This document shows, piece by piece, positions 16,444 through 25,753 of a DNA stretch of 40,935 nucleotides. The stretch's first letter is position 1. Every line of letters begins with the position of its first letter. Both the position numbers and the translations under genes were made by a program. The DNA comes from Elusimicrobiota bacterium (lineage in GTDB: Bacteria > Elusimicrobiota > Elusimicrobia > UBA1565), in NCBI GenBank assembly GCA_043819795.1, contig JBDREN010000107.1, forward strand, positions 1-40,935, read 5' to 3'. The notes beneath the pieces are model-generated. The model made no database searches, had not been told where the DNA came from, and saw only the letters and a list, made by a program, of their open reading frames with translations.

Positions 16444-17886
16444 TCACGCGGCTATGCCGTTCTCGCGCAGATAGCGGCGGATCTTCGACCGGGCGCGCGC
16501 GGTCTTCACGACGCCCAGCCAGTTCTTCTTCGGGACGGAGCCCTTCCGGGTCTGGATGGTGCAGATGTCTCCGGACTTGAGCTGGTAGTTGAGCTTGACC
16601 ATCTTGTTGTTGACCTTCGCGCCGACGCACGCATCGCCGATCTCGGTGTGCACGGCGAAGGCGAAGTCGAGGGGGGTCGCCCCCGCCGGAAGGGCCTTTA
16701 CGTCGCCGGCCGGGGTGAAGACGAAGACCTGGTGCAGCTCGAGGTCGGTCTTCAGGCTTTCCAGGAACTCCCGCGGGCTCTTGAGGTCCTGCAGCCATTC
16801 GATCCACTGCCTGAGCCAGTTGAGCTTCTCCTCAAGGTGCAGGTCCTGGCGGCTGTCGTCGAGCTTGTAGCGCCAGTGGGCGGCGATGCCGTACTCGGAG
16901 GTGCGGTGCATCTCGTCGGTCCGGATCTGGATCTCGATGAGGTCCCCCTTCGCCGTCATGACGGTCGTGTGCAGGCTCTGGTATAGGTTCACCTTCGGGA
17001 CGGAGATGTAATCGGTGAAAGTCCCGGTCACCGGCTTGAACTCGGTGTGGACCAGCCCCAGGAGCGCGTAGCAGTTGGCCACGGTGTCGGTCAATATGCG
17101 AACGCCCATCCCGTCCTGGATCTCCTCGAAGGGCTTCTCCTGGCGCTGCATCTTCTGATAGATCGACCACAGGCTTTTCGAGCGCGCGAGGGTCCGGTGC
17201 GGGATCTCCGTCTCCGCGATCTTCTCGGAGAGCGAGGCTTCGAACCCCTTGAGGGCCCGTTCGCGGCTGGCCGTCATGGCGTTCATCTTCCCGTGGAGAT
17301 CCGCGTACTCCTTCGGATGCAGATAGCGGAACGCCAGGTCCTCGAGCTCGCTCTTGAGCTGGAACATGCCGAGGCGGTGGGCCAGAGGGGCGTAGAGCGT
17401 GACCGTCTCGTAGGCGATGCGTTTCTGGCGTTCCGGCTCCAGGAAGTTGAGCGTCTTCATGTTGTGCAGGCGGTCGGCGAGCTTGATCAAGACCACGCGT
17501 ATGTCCTGCGCCGTGGCCAGCAGCATCTTGCGCCAGTTCTCCGCCTGCGCCTCGTCGCGGGAGGTGAATCGCAGGGTGTCGAGCTTCGTGACGCCCTCGA
17601 CGAGGAGGGCGATCTCCTCGCCGAACTCCTTGCGCATGTCCTGCGGGGTGATGGCGGTGTCCTCGACGACGTCGTGGAGCAGGCCCGCGCAGATGGTCGG
17701 CAGGTCCAGCTTGAATTCGATGAGGGTCTCGGCCACGGCCTTGCAATGCTCGAAGTAGCGTTCGCCCGAGGCCCGGGCCTGGTCGGCGTGCGCGTCGCGG
17801 GAGAATCTGTAGGCCTTCTCGACGATGTCAGTCGGGGTGTTCGGGGAATAGACCTCGATCCTCTGGAGCATCGTCTCGAGATTCAT
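16444..17886 (-). CDS. RelA/SpoT homologue (HD + synthetase + TGS), C-terminally short, 480 aa
   Basis: H..Q.RASGE, LLHDVVED, IKLADRLHNM, YAPLAHRLG, YQSLHT, EIQIRT, GIAAHW.YK and TGS motif TPLDFAFAVHT. The start at 17886 overlaps the upstream stop. Confidence 0.92.
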   Translation of the reverse strand: MNLETMLQRIEVYSPNTPTDIVEKAYRFSRDAHADQARASGERYFEHCKAVAETLIEFKLDLPTICAGLLHDVVEDTAITPQDMRKEFGEEIALLVEGVTKLDTLRFTSRDEAQAENWRKMLLATAQDIRVVLIKLADRLHNMKTLNFLEPERQKRIAYETVTLYAPLAHRLGMFQLKSELEDLAFRYLHPKEYADLHGKMNAMTASRERALKGFEASLSEKIAETEIPHRTLARSKSLWSIYQKMQRQEKPFEEIQDGMGVRILTDTVANCYALLGLVHTEFKPVTGTFTDYISVPKVNLYQSLHTTVMTAKGDLIEIQIRTDEMHRTSEYGIAAHWRYKLDDSRQDLHLEEKLNWLRQWIEWLQDLKSPREFLESLKTDLELHQVFVFTPAGDVKALPAGATPLDFAFAVHTEIGDACVGAKVNNKMVKLNYQLKSGDICTIQTRKGSVPKKNWLGVVKTARARSKIRRYLRENGIAA

Positions 17887-18617
17887 CAGTGGGCTCCGCC
17901 CAGCCGCAGCGCGGCGATCGCCGCCAGGCCGGCGGCGAAGAAAGCCAGGCACCCCTTGTCCTCCGTCCTGTGGAGCCGGGGCATGATATCGGCGGCGCCG
18001 ATATAGACGAAAGAGCCCGCCGCGAAGCCGAGGGCCCCGGCCATGAGCCCCGGCGGGAGGTCGGAGATCTTCCAGAGGCTCGCCAGGCTGCCGACCGGGG
18101 TCGCGGCGGCGATTGCGGCCAGCGCCGCCAGCGTGGCCCCGCGCGAGTAGCCGCTCCGGGCGAGGAGGGACGTCAGCGTGAACCCGTCGACGAGCTTGTG
18201 CAGCGCCAGCGCGACGCCGATCGTCGTCCCGGCGAGCGCGCCCGCGGAGAACGACACCGTGAGGTTGAGGCCGTCGATGAAAGAGTGGGCGAAGAGGGCC
18301 GCCAGGGCCGTCGCGCCCAGCAGATGGACCGAGCAGGACTCGAGGTATTCCGGGCAGGTGTCGCCCATCGCGAGGGTGCCCATCGCGAACAGCAGCGCGA
18401 AGGCGATGAGCGCCCCCCAGCCGGCGATGGCCGGGCTGTGCCGCCAGGCCTCCGGGAGGATCTCGGTGAACGCGACGGCCAGCAGCACGCCCGAGCGCAA
18501 AGAGAACATCCGCCAGAGCCACCGCCGCGTGAACAGCCGCTCGACGAGCGGCACGAGCCCGCCGGCGACGGTCATCGCGACGGCGGCCGTGTTGAAGCCG
18601 ATGAGCGCCCCGGTCAT
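17886..18617 (-). CDS. ZIP family divalent metal transporter
   Basis: SGVLLAVAF.EILPEA, HSFIDG, ALHKLVDG and GSFVYIGAADIMP motifs. Confidence 0.85.
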   Translation of the reverse strand: MTGALIGFNTAAVAMTVAGGLVPLVERLFTRRWLWRMFSLRSGVLLAVAFTEILPEAWRHSPAIAGWGALIAFALLFAMGTLAMGDTCPEYLESCSVHLLGATALAALFAHSFIDGLNLTVSFSAGALAGTTIGVALALHKLVDGFTLTSLLARSGYSRGATLAALAAIAAATPVGSLASLWKISDLPPGLMAGALGFAAGSFVYIGAADIMPRLHRTEDKGCLAFFAAGLAAIAALRLGGAH

Positions 18618-20377
18618 GACGCCGTCTCCCGGGCCGGAGCGGCTTCCGGCTCCGGCTCGGCCATCTGGATCTCGTAGAGGCGGCGGTAAAGTCCGCCCCG
18701 CCTGATGAGCGAAGCGTGCGTCCCCGTCTCGACGACCGCGCCCTGGTTGAGCACGTAGATGCGGTCGGCGTTCTGGATCGTGGAGAGGCGGTGGGCGATC
18801 AGAATGACGGTGCGTCCCTTCATGAGGCGCTCGAGGGCCTTCTGGACCTCGCTTTCGCTGGTCGTGTCGAGGTTGCTCGTCGCCTCGTCGAGCACGAGGA
18901 CCGCGGGGTTCTTGAGGACCGCCCGCGCGATCGCGATGCGCTGGCGCTGCCCGCCCGAGAGCCGCAGCCCGCGGTCGCCGAGCTGGGTGTCGTAGCCGTC
19001 CGGCAGGTTTCGGATGAAGCGGTCGGCGTCGGCGACGCGCGCGGCGGCGCTCACCTGCTCCGGCGTGACGGAATCGCGCCCGATCGCGATGTTGTCGAAG
19101 ACGGTCTCGTTGAAGAGTATGGTCTCCTGGGTCACGAGGCCGAGGCGCTCGCGCACCGACCGGATCTCGAGATCGCGCAGGTCGGCGCCGTCGAACAGGA
19201 TCTCGCCCTCGGCGGGGTCGTAGAGCCTCAGGAGCAGCTGCACGAGCGTGCTCTTGCCGGAACCGGAGGGGCCGACGATGGCGATCGTCTCGCCGCGCCG
19301 CACGATGAGCTCGACGTTCTGGACGGCCGGGACCTCCCGGGTCGGGTAGCGGAACGTGACGCCCGCCAGCCGGATCTCGTCTTGGAGCTCGCTGAAAGCC
19401 CGCGCGCCCGGGCGGTCGACGATCCGCGGCTTCTCGTCGAGGAGCTGGAAGATGCGCTCGCCGGAGGCGAGCCCGCGCTGCAGCTCCGAGTTGAGGCGCG
19501 CGAGGTTCTTGGTGGGCGCGTAGGCGGCGAAGAACGCGCCGATGAAGGCGAAGAAGCCGCCCGGCGTCATGTGCCCCGCGATGACCTCCCGCCCGCCGTA
19601 CCAGATGAGCAGGGCGATGATTATCGAGCCGAAGAACTCCATGAGCGGGCCCGAGAGCGCCGTGGCTCGCAGGTAGCGCATCATCTGCGTGAAGAACGAC
19701 TGGTTCTCCCCCCGGAACTTCTCGATGGCGCCCCGCTCGTAGTTGAAGGCCTTGATGAGCATCATGCCGTGCAGGCTTTCCTGGAAGCGGTGGTAGATCT
19801 GGCCCATGATGATCTGGCTTTTCATGCTGGCGTCGCGCATCTTCTTGCCCAGGACCACGAGCAGCGTCGAGGCGACGGGCAGCCCGAGGAGCGCGATGAG
19901 CGCGAACGACCAGTCCAGGTAGAAGAGGACCGACATGAGGACGACCACGGTCAGCGAGTCGCGGATCAGGTAGAGCGGTACGAACTGCAGCGCCGACTGG
20001 ACCAGCGTGAGGTCGTTGGTCACGCGGGCCAGGATCTCCCCGCTCTTGTGCTCGCTGTAGTACTCGAGGGAGAGCTTGTGCAGGTGCCGGAACAGATCCT
20101 CCCGGAGCTCCTGGGTGACGCGCTGGCCGAGCCAGCTCATCAGGTAGTTCTGCACGTAGGCGGCCGAGTTCTTGACCGCCATCAGAAGGGGGACGCCGAG
20201 GATCGCCAGCCAGAGCATCGAGTAGTTCTTCGAGATGAAGACGTGATCGATGATCGGCTTGAGCACGTAGACGGAGGCTCCGTTGAACACGGCGACGACG
20301 CACATGGCGAGGCCCGCCTGGACGAACCGCAAGCGGTAGGGCTTGAGATAGGGATAGAACTTCCGGAGCAGGCTCAT
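18614..20377 (-). CDS. msbA: Lipid A ABC exporter MsbA-like
   Basis: TMD + NBD fusion with GPSGSGKS, LSGGQRQR, LVLDEATS and IAHRLST. Directly after lpxB. Confidence 0.85.
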   Translation of the reverse strand: MSLLRKFYPYLKPYRLRFVQAGLAMCVVAVFNGASVYVLKPIIDHVFISKNYSMLWLAILGVPLLMAVKNSAAYVQNYLMSWLGQRVTQELREDLFRHLHKLSLEYYSEHKSGEILARVTNDLTLVQSALQFVPLYLIRDSLTVVVLMSVLFYLDWSFALIALLGLPVASTLLVVLGKKMRDASMKSQIIMGQIYHRFQESLHGMMLIKAFNYERGAIEKFRGENQSFFTQMMRYLRATALSGPLMEFFGSIIIALLIWYGGREVIAGHMTPGGFFAFIGAFFAAYAPTKNLARLNSELQRGLASGERIFQLLDEKPRIVDRPGARAFSELQDEIRLAGVTFRYPTREVPAVQNVELIVRRGETIAIVGPSGSGKSTLVQLLLRLYDPAEGEILFDGADLRDLEIRSVRERLGLVTQETILFNETVFDNIAIGRDSVTPEQVSAAARVADADRFIRNLPDGYDTQLGDRGLRLSGGQRQRIAIARAVLKNPAVLVLDEATSNLDTTSESEVQKALERLMKGRTVILIAHRLSTIQNADRIYVLNQGAVVETGTHASLIRRGGLYRRLYEIQMAEPEPEAAPARETAS

Positions 20378-21621
20378 GATGTAGCGTCCCCGCACGCGCG
20401 AAGGCCGCGCCGCCGTCCGATCTCCGCGAGCAGGATGCCGGCCGCGCGCCGCGTCGCGCCGGGCCCGCCGAGAGTCTCGCGCAGCGCCAGCAGGTCGCCG
20501 CGCAGGGACTCCAGCCGCCGCGGGTCCTCGAGCATCTTCAGCGCGGCGTCGGCCACTCGCGAGGGAGTGGCCTTGTGCTGGATGAGCTCGGGGACGAGCC
20601 GGCGCCCCGCGAGTATGTTGGCCATGGCGACGTGCCGGACCCGGATGAGGGCGCGCGCGAGGAAGTAGTTCGGCCAGGAGGTCTTATAGACGACGACCAT
20701 CGGAAGCCCCAGGAGCGCGTTCTCGAGCGTCGCGGTCCCGGAGGAGGTCAGTACGAGGTCCTGCCTGGAGCGCTCGGCGTAGTTCGACTCCCGGACGATG
20801 CGCGGGCGGCCGCCGTCCGGGCCGCGCCAGCGGTCGAGCCAGCGGCGGTAGAACGCGTCGGACAGCTGTGGCGCGGCGAAGACCGCGACCTGCGCCCGCG
20901 GGAAGTCTTTCATGATGCGCGCCGCGCTCCGCAGGAACATCGGCAGGTGGCGCCGGACTTCCGACGGACGGGATCCGGGCAGCAGGCCGAGCCGGAGCGG
21001 CCCCGGGCCCGCGCGCTCCGGGCGCGGCCGGGGCTTGGGATCGGGCAGCAGGTCGAGCAGGGGGTGCCCCACCCACGTGACCGGCACGCCCGCGTCCTCG
21101 TAGATGTCCTTCTCGAACGGGAAGATGACCAGCATGCGTTCGACCCAGCGCTTGATGCGCGCGACCCTGCCGGGACGGGTGGCCCAGACCTGGGGGCTGA
21201 TGAAGTAATAGGCCGGGACTCCGAGGCGCTTCGCCGCCGCGAGAACGTGCCGGTTGAAGCCGTAGTAGTCGATGCAGACCACCGCGTCCGGCCTTGCGTC
21301 GGCCATCAGCGTCTGGAGCCCGCGCAGGAGCTTCAGGAGGGTCGGGATCCTCCGGGCGGGCTCGACGATTCCGACGAGGCCGAGCGAGGCCAGGTCGCCG
21401 TGGAACGCGCCGTGACGGCTTTCGGCGAGCGCCTCGCGCGTGAGCGATCCGCCGGCCGCGTGGAGGCGCAGGTCCCGGCGGCGGGCGCCGCTCTGCCGCC
21501 GAAGCTCTCGGATGAGCAGGGAGGCGTACAGGTCCCCGGAAGGATCCCCCGCCACGATCAGAATGCGGGCCTCTTTCGCGGCGGCCGGCGCCGGGGTCTC
21601 GCGGGAGACGGTGCGCGTCAT
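20374..21621 (-). CDS. lpxB: Lipid-A-disaccharide synthase
   Basis: IVAGDPSGD, IDY.GFN, YFISPQVWA.R, IFPFE, VGHPL, LLPGSR.SE and SGTATLE motifs. Confidence 0.95.
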   Translation of the reverse strand: MTRTVSRETPAPAAAKEARILIVAGDPSGDLYASLLIRELRRQSGARRRDLRLHAAGGSLTREALAESRHGAFHGDLASLGLVGIVEPARRIPTLLKLLRGLQTLMADARPDAVVCIDYYGFNRHVLAAAKRLGVPAYYFISPQVWATRPGRVARIKRWVERMLVIFPFEKDIYEDAGVPVTWVGHPLLDLLPDPKPRPRPERAGPGPLRLGLLPGSRPSEVRRHLPMFLRSAARIMKDFPRAQVAVFAAPQLSDAFYRRWLDRWRGPDGGRPRIVRESNYAERSRQDLVLTSSGTATLENALLGLPMVVVYKTSWPNYFLARALIRVRHVAMANILAGRRLVPELIQHKATPSRVADAALKMLEDPRRLESLRGDLLALRETLGGPGATRRAAGILLAEIGRRRGLRACGDATS

Positions 21622-22664
21622 CTCTTGGCGCTCCGGATGGTCTTCGTGACGGAACGGGCGATGCGCCCGAGCTCGTCCGCGTATTCCGGGGTGAAGGACT
21701 TGGCCTGCTTGTGGCGCGAGCGCTCGTACTTATCGAGCTCCTCGCTGATCTGGAAGGCCAGCTTCATCGCCTCGATGCCGTGCTCGCCCGAGGGCCAGGG
21801 CTTGCGGTTGTGGCGGATGCAGCCCAGGAAATGGTCGATCTGGATGCGCAGGGGCTCGTCGCTCTTGAGCTTCGGGCTCAGCACCTGCACGTCCGTGAGG
21901 CTCTGGATCTTCGGCTTCTTCTTGCGGTACACCTGCAGCGAGGCGTTTAGGTAGTCCACCGAGATGTAGCTGGTCTCCTGGAACACTCGGATCTTGCGGC
22001 ACCGCTTGAGCGAGACGCGGCTGGCGGTCAGGTCGGCGACGCAGCCGCTCTTGAAGCGGACGCGGACGTTCGCGATGTCCCTATGGTCCGAGAGCAGGCT
22101 GGCTCCGATCGCCTCCAGGCTCTCGACCTCGAAGCCGACCAGGGTCAGCAGGATGTCGAGGTCGTGGATCATGAGGTCGAGCACCACGCCGATGCCGGAG
22201 ACCCGGGGGTCGTAGGGCCCGAGCCGCTCCACGGTGATGTAGCGGGGTTGGCGGATATACTCGATGGCCTTGAGGACGGCCGGGTTGAAGCGCTCGACGT
22301 GCCCCACCTGGAGCTGGACCTTCGCCTCCTCCGAGCGCGAGAGCAGCCGCCGGGCGTCCTCGACGGTGCCGGCGAGGGGCTTCTCGATCAGGCAGTGGGC
22401 GCCGGCCTCGAGCGCCGCCATGCCCACCTCGAGGTGGCGCTCGGTCGGGACGGCGATGACCACGGCGTCGACCTTCTTCAGCAGCTCCTTGTGGTCCTGG
22501 TGCGCGGTCCCGCCGCAGCGCCAGGAGGCCAGCTGGGCGCGAAACATGTTCGAGTCGCAGACGCCTATGAGCTCGACGTCCGGATGCTTGCCGAGGATGC
22601 GGGCGTGGTGGGAGCCCATGCGCCCGGCGCCGATCACCCCGAAACGGATCTTCTTTTCCGTCAT
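21618..22664 (-). CDS. Gfo/Idh/MocA oxidoreductase, GnnA-like (UDP-GlcNAc 3-dehydrogenase candidate)
   Basis: GAGRMG, IEKP, VGHVERFNPA, VVLDLMIHDLD and TASRVS motifs. Located between lpxI and lpxB. Confidence 0.8.
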   Translation of the reverse strand: MTEKKIRFGVIGAGRMGSHHARILGKHPDVELIGVCDSNMFRAQLASWRCGGTAHQDHKELLKKVDAVVIAVPTERHLEVGMAALEAGAHCLIEKPLAGTVEDARRLLSRSEEAKVQLQVGHVERFNPAVLKAIEYIRQPRYITVERLGPYDPRVSGIGVVLDLMIHDLDILLTLVGFEVESLEAIGASLLSDHRDIANVRVRFKSGCVADLTASRVSLKRCRKIRVFQETSYISVDYLNASLQVYRKKKPKIQSLTDVQVLSPKLKSDEPLRIQIDHFLGCIRHNRKPWPSGEHGIEAMKLAFQISEELDKYERSRHKQAKSFTPEYADELGRIARSVTKTIRSAKR

Positions 22665-23515
22665 TCGCCCCGCCCGCCCGCGTCCTCGATGGCCGTCACG
22701 GCCAGCTTCATGCCGTCGGCCCGCTCGAGGAACTCCGGCTTATCGAAGATCAGCGTCTTGCCCGCCTCGACGGCGATCGCCGTCACCCCGGCCCGCTCCA
22801 GGATATCGAGGGTGTCGAGCCCGAGCACCGGCAGGTCGAAGCGGAAGTCCTGCCGCGGCTTGGCGACCTTCACGAGGACCAGGCCGGGGTCCTTCCCGTG
22901 GGACCGCGCGAGCTCGGCGGCGCGCAGCACGGTGGCGTCGGTGCCCTCCATGCCTTCCACGGCGATGACGGCCCGGTCCTTGACGACCACGCTCTGGCCG
23001 ATGTCGAAGCCGGCGAGCGCCTTCGCGGCCCGCCAGCCGAGCTCGATATCGGCGGCCTCGGCCTTCGTCGGCTTGCGCCGGGTGAGCACGCCCGGCGGGG
23101 CGACCAGATGCGACAAGTAGGTCGCCGAGGAGAGCAGCTCGATGCCCTCCTTGGCGAACTCGTCGGCGACGGCCGCGAGGATCGTGTCGGTGCGGCGGTC
23201 CTTGAGCCCGGCCAGTATCCTGGCCGCCCGGAGATCGGGCAGCACGCCCCCGAACAGCGAGACGTGCTGGACCTTGCCGACCATCACCACGCGCTTGACG
23301 CCGGCGGCTTTGAGGACCTTCAGCGGCGCGCTCACCTGCCCGAGCTTGAAGGTGTGCAGCTCGTCGACGGTCTCGGCGAGACGCGCGTCGGTGACGCCCT
23401 TGAGGGCGATAGCGACGACCCGCCGCCCCTGGCGCTTGGCCTCCTGCGCGAACAGGATCGGGAAGCGGGTGGAGCCGGCGATCAGTCCGATGGGCGCGGC
23501 GTCGGTCATGCTCAT
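22661..23515 (-). CDS. lpxI: UDP-2,3-diacylglucosamine pyrophosphatase LpxI
   Basis: IGLIAG..FP, DIGQSVVV, AVEGMEGTD and K..KP.QD.RFDLP..G motifs. Confidence 0.93.
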   Translation of the reverse strand: MSMTDAAPIGLIAGSTRFPILFAQEAKRQGRRVVAIALKGVTDARLAETVDELHTFKLGQVSAPLKVLKAAGVKRVVMVGKVQHVSLFGGVLPDLRAARILAGLKDRRTDTILAAVADEFAKEGIELLSSATYLSHLVAPPGVLTRRKPTKAEAADIELGWRAAKALAGFDIGQSVVVKDRAVIAVEGMEGTDATVLRAAELARSHGKDPGLVLVKVAKPRQDFRFDLPVLGLDTLDILERAGVTAIAVEAGKTLIFDKPEFLERADGMKLAVTAIEDAGGRGE

Positions 23516-23519
23516 ACTC

Positions 23520-24326
23520 CTAAACCGTCACCTCCTCCTCGGCCTGGGCGCCGACGGCCGGGCGCACGATGCCCCGCCGCGAGGCCTCGATGAATTCGAC
23601 GAGCTCCAGCACCTCGGGAGGCTGTCCTCCGGCCTTGAGCTGCGCCAGCGCGGCCTCCTGCGTCTGCCCCGACACGAACAGGGTCTTGTAGGCGTCCTTG
23701 ATGGAGCGGATGACGTCGTGCTTGAGCCCGGCCCGCCGCATCCCGAGCAGGTTCAGCCCCCGCAGCGTGGCCCGGTCGCCCTGCACCAAGCAGAACGGCG
23801 GGAGGTCCTTGCCCAGCATCGAGCCGCCGCCGAGCATGCAGAAGCGGCCGATCCGCACGTACTGGTGGACGCCGACGAGGCCGCCGAGCACCGCGCAGTC
23901 GCCGATCGCGACGTGCCCCGCGACCCCGACGGAGTTGACGAGGATGACGCCGTTGCCGACCCGGCAGTCGTGGGCGATGTGGGAGTAGGCCATGAACAGG
24001 CAGTTCGAGCCGATGACGGTCTCGCCGGTCGCGCTCGTGCCCCGGTTGAGGGTCACGCACTCGCGGACGGTGTTCTTGTCGCCCATGACGAGGCGCGTGC
24101 GCTCGCCGCCGAATTTGAGGTCCTGCGGCGGCGTGCCGACGAAGGCCCCCGGATGGATGCGGTTCTCCGCGCCCATGCGGGTGAACTCAACGATGGAGCG
24201 CGCCCCGATCGTCGTGCCGGCGCCGATCTCGACGTCCTCCCCGATGATGGCGTAGGGGCCGATCCGGACCGTCGGGTCCAGCTTGGCCGACGGGTCGACG
24301 ATCGCGGTGGGATGGATGTTCGTCAT
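23520..24326 (-). CDS. lpxA: UDP-N-acetylglucosamine acyltransferase
   Basis: IHPTAIVD hexapeptide repeats, PQDLKF, RE.VT.NRGT and HIAHDC. Confidence 0.96.
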   Translation of the reverse strand: MTNIHPTAIVDPSAKLDPTVRIGPYAIIGEDVEIGAGTTIGARSIVEFTRMGAENRIHPGAFVGTPPQDLKFGGERTRLVMGDKNTVRECVTLNRGTSATGETVIGSNCLFMAYSHIAHDCRVGNGVILVNSVGVAGHVAIGDCAVLGGLVGVHQYVRIGRFCMLGGGSMLGKDLPPFCLVQGDRATLRGLNLLGMRRAGLKHDVIRSIKDAYKTLFVSGQTQEAALAQLKAGGQPPEVLELVEFIEASRRGIVRPAVGAQAEEEVTV

Positions 24327-24335
24327 GGCTTCGCC

Positions 24336-24821
24336 CTATTTTCCCTTGTCGGCGAGGACGAAGGACATCTCCGCCTGGGTCGCGAGCTTCCCGTTCACGT
24401 AGGCCTTGCCGGAGAACCGGCCCGCGCGGCCGCCGAGCTTCAGGACCTCGACCTCGAGCTTGAGGATGGAGCCGGGCGTGACGGGGTTGCGGAACTTCGC
24501 GCCCTCGATGCCCAGGAAGAAGGCGAGCTTGTTCTCGAAGCCTCCCTTGGACATCAGCATGACGCAGGCCGTCTGGGCCAGGGCCTCGATGATGAGGACG
24601 CCCGGCATGATCGGGTGGCCGGGAAAGTGGCCCTGGAAGAACTCCTCGTTGGCCGTGACGCCTTTCGTCCCGACGGCCTTCTTGCCCTCCTCGACGATGT
24701 CCACCGTGTCCACGAGAAGGAACGGGTAGCGATGGGGGATGTATTTCTGGACCTCCGCGGTGGACAGGGTCCGCACCGGGGCTTGGTCCGTCTGCGTCTG
24801 CGCGGGTGCTTCAGTGGTCAT
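24336..24821 (-). CDS. fabZ: 3-hydroxyacyl-ACP dehydratase
   Basis: IPHRYPFLLVD and FFQGHFPGHPIMPGVLIIEALAQ. GGAGG RBS favours the ATG at 24821 over 24851. Confidence 0.95.
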   Translation of the reverse strand: MTTEAPAQTQTDQAPVRTLSTAEVQKYIPHRYPFLLVDTVDIVEEGKKAVGTKGVTANEEFFQGHFPGHPIMPGVLIIEALAQTACVMLMSKGGFENKLAFFLGIEGAKFRNPVTPGSILKLEVEVLKLGGRAGRFSGKAYVNGKLATQAEMSFVLADKGK

Positions 24822-24870
24822 GATACCCTCCGTTGTTGTGCTGGTTTGCATAAGCGCGTATGGGCGCGGG

Positions 24871-25752
24871 TCATGCGACGGGCCGCTTGACGCGGGTCTT
24901 GCCGCGCATCTTGACGGCCGATTGGCTCAGGAGCTTCGCGAACTCGATGTTGTGGGCGTGACCGGGCCGGACCGCCTCGATGCGGACGCCAAATAGCGAG
25001 CGCCCGATCAGGGTGAGGTCGCCGACGAGGTCGAGGACCTTGTGGCGCACGAACTCGTCCTCGAAGCGCAGGCCCTGGTCGTTGGTGTGGATCTTGTCGT
25101 GCCCGATCACGACGGCGTTGTCGAGGCTGCCGCCCTGGGCGAGCCCCTGGGATCGGAGAAAGGCGACCTCGTGCTCGAAGCAGAACGTGCGCGCGCCGGC
25201 GAGCTCCGAGACGTAGCTCTCCGGCTCCACGCGCACCGAGAGCTCTAGCTTCGGCACGAGCGGGTGGTTGTGGATCAGCGTCGCCGTGATGTCGAAGTGG
25301 TCCGCGGGGACGGCCCGGTAGAAAGAGCCCTTGTCCTCGTAGACGACCTCTCCGGCGATGTGGAGATGCCGCTTCGGGTACTCGGGATAGTGGCGGATGC
25401 CGGCGTCCAGCAGCGCCCGGAAGAACGGCAGGGCCGAGCCGTCCATGGCCGGCGGCTCGTTCGTCGTCACGAGAATGTCCGCGTTGTCGATCCCCAGGCC
25501 GGTCAGCGCCGAGAGCACGTGCTCGACGGTGTGGACCCTGGCCTCGCCTAGGCCGAGGTTCGTCCCCCGGACGGTGGCGACGACGAAGCCGAGCCGCGCC
25601 GGGATCATCGGGCAGCCGGGCATGTCGGACCGGAAGAAGCGGATGCCGGCGTTCGCGGGCGCGGGCCGGAACGTGAGCGTCGACGGGTTCCCCGTGTGGA
25701 GGCCGATCCCCTTCAGGGTCACCTCCCGCTCGATCGTGGTCTGTGCTTCCAT
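24871..25752 (-). CDS. lpxC: UDP-3-O-acyl-GlcNAc deacetylase
   Basis: GIGLHTG, TVEHVLSA, DGSA, ARTF, GGSLDNA and EFVRHKVLDLVGDL. GGAGG RBS precedes the ATG at 25752. Confidence 0.96.
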   Translation of the reverse strand: MEAQTTIEREVTLKGIGLHTGNPSTLTFRPAPANAGIRFFRSDMPGCPMIPARLGFVVATVRGTNLGLGEARVHTVEHVLSALTGLGIDNADILVTTNEPPAMDGSALPFFRALLDAGIRHYPEYPKRHLHIAGEVVYEDKGSFYRAVPADHFDITATLIHNHPLVPKLELSVRVEPESYVSELAGARTFCFEHEVAFLRSQGLAQGGSLDNAVVIGHDKIHTNDQGLRFEDEFVRHKVLDLVGDLTLIGRSLFGVRIEAVRPGHAHNIEFAKLLSQSAVKMRGKTRVKRPVA

Positions 25753-25753
25753 C

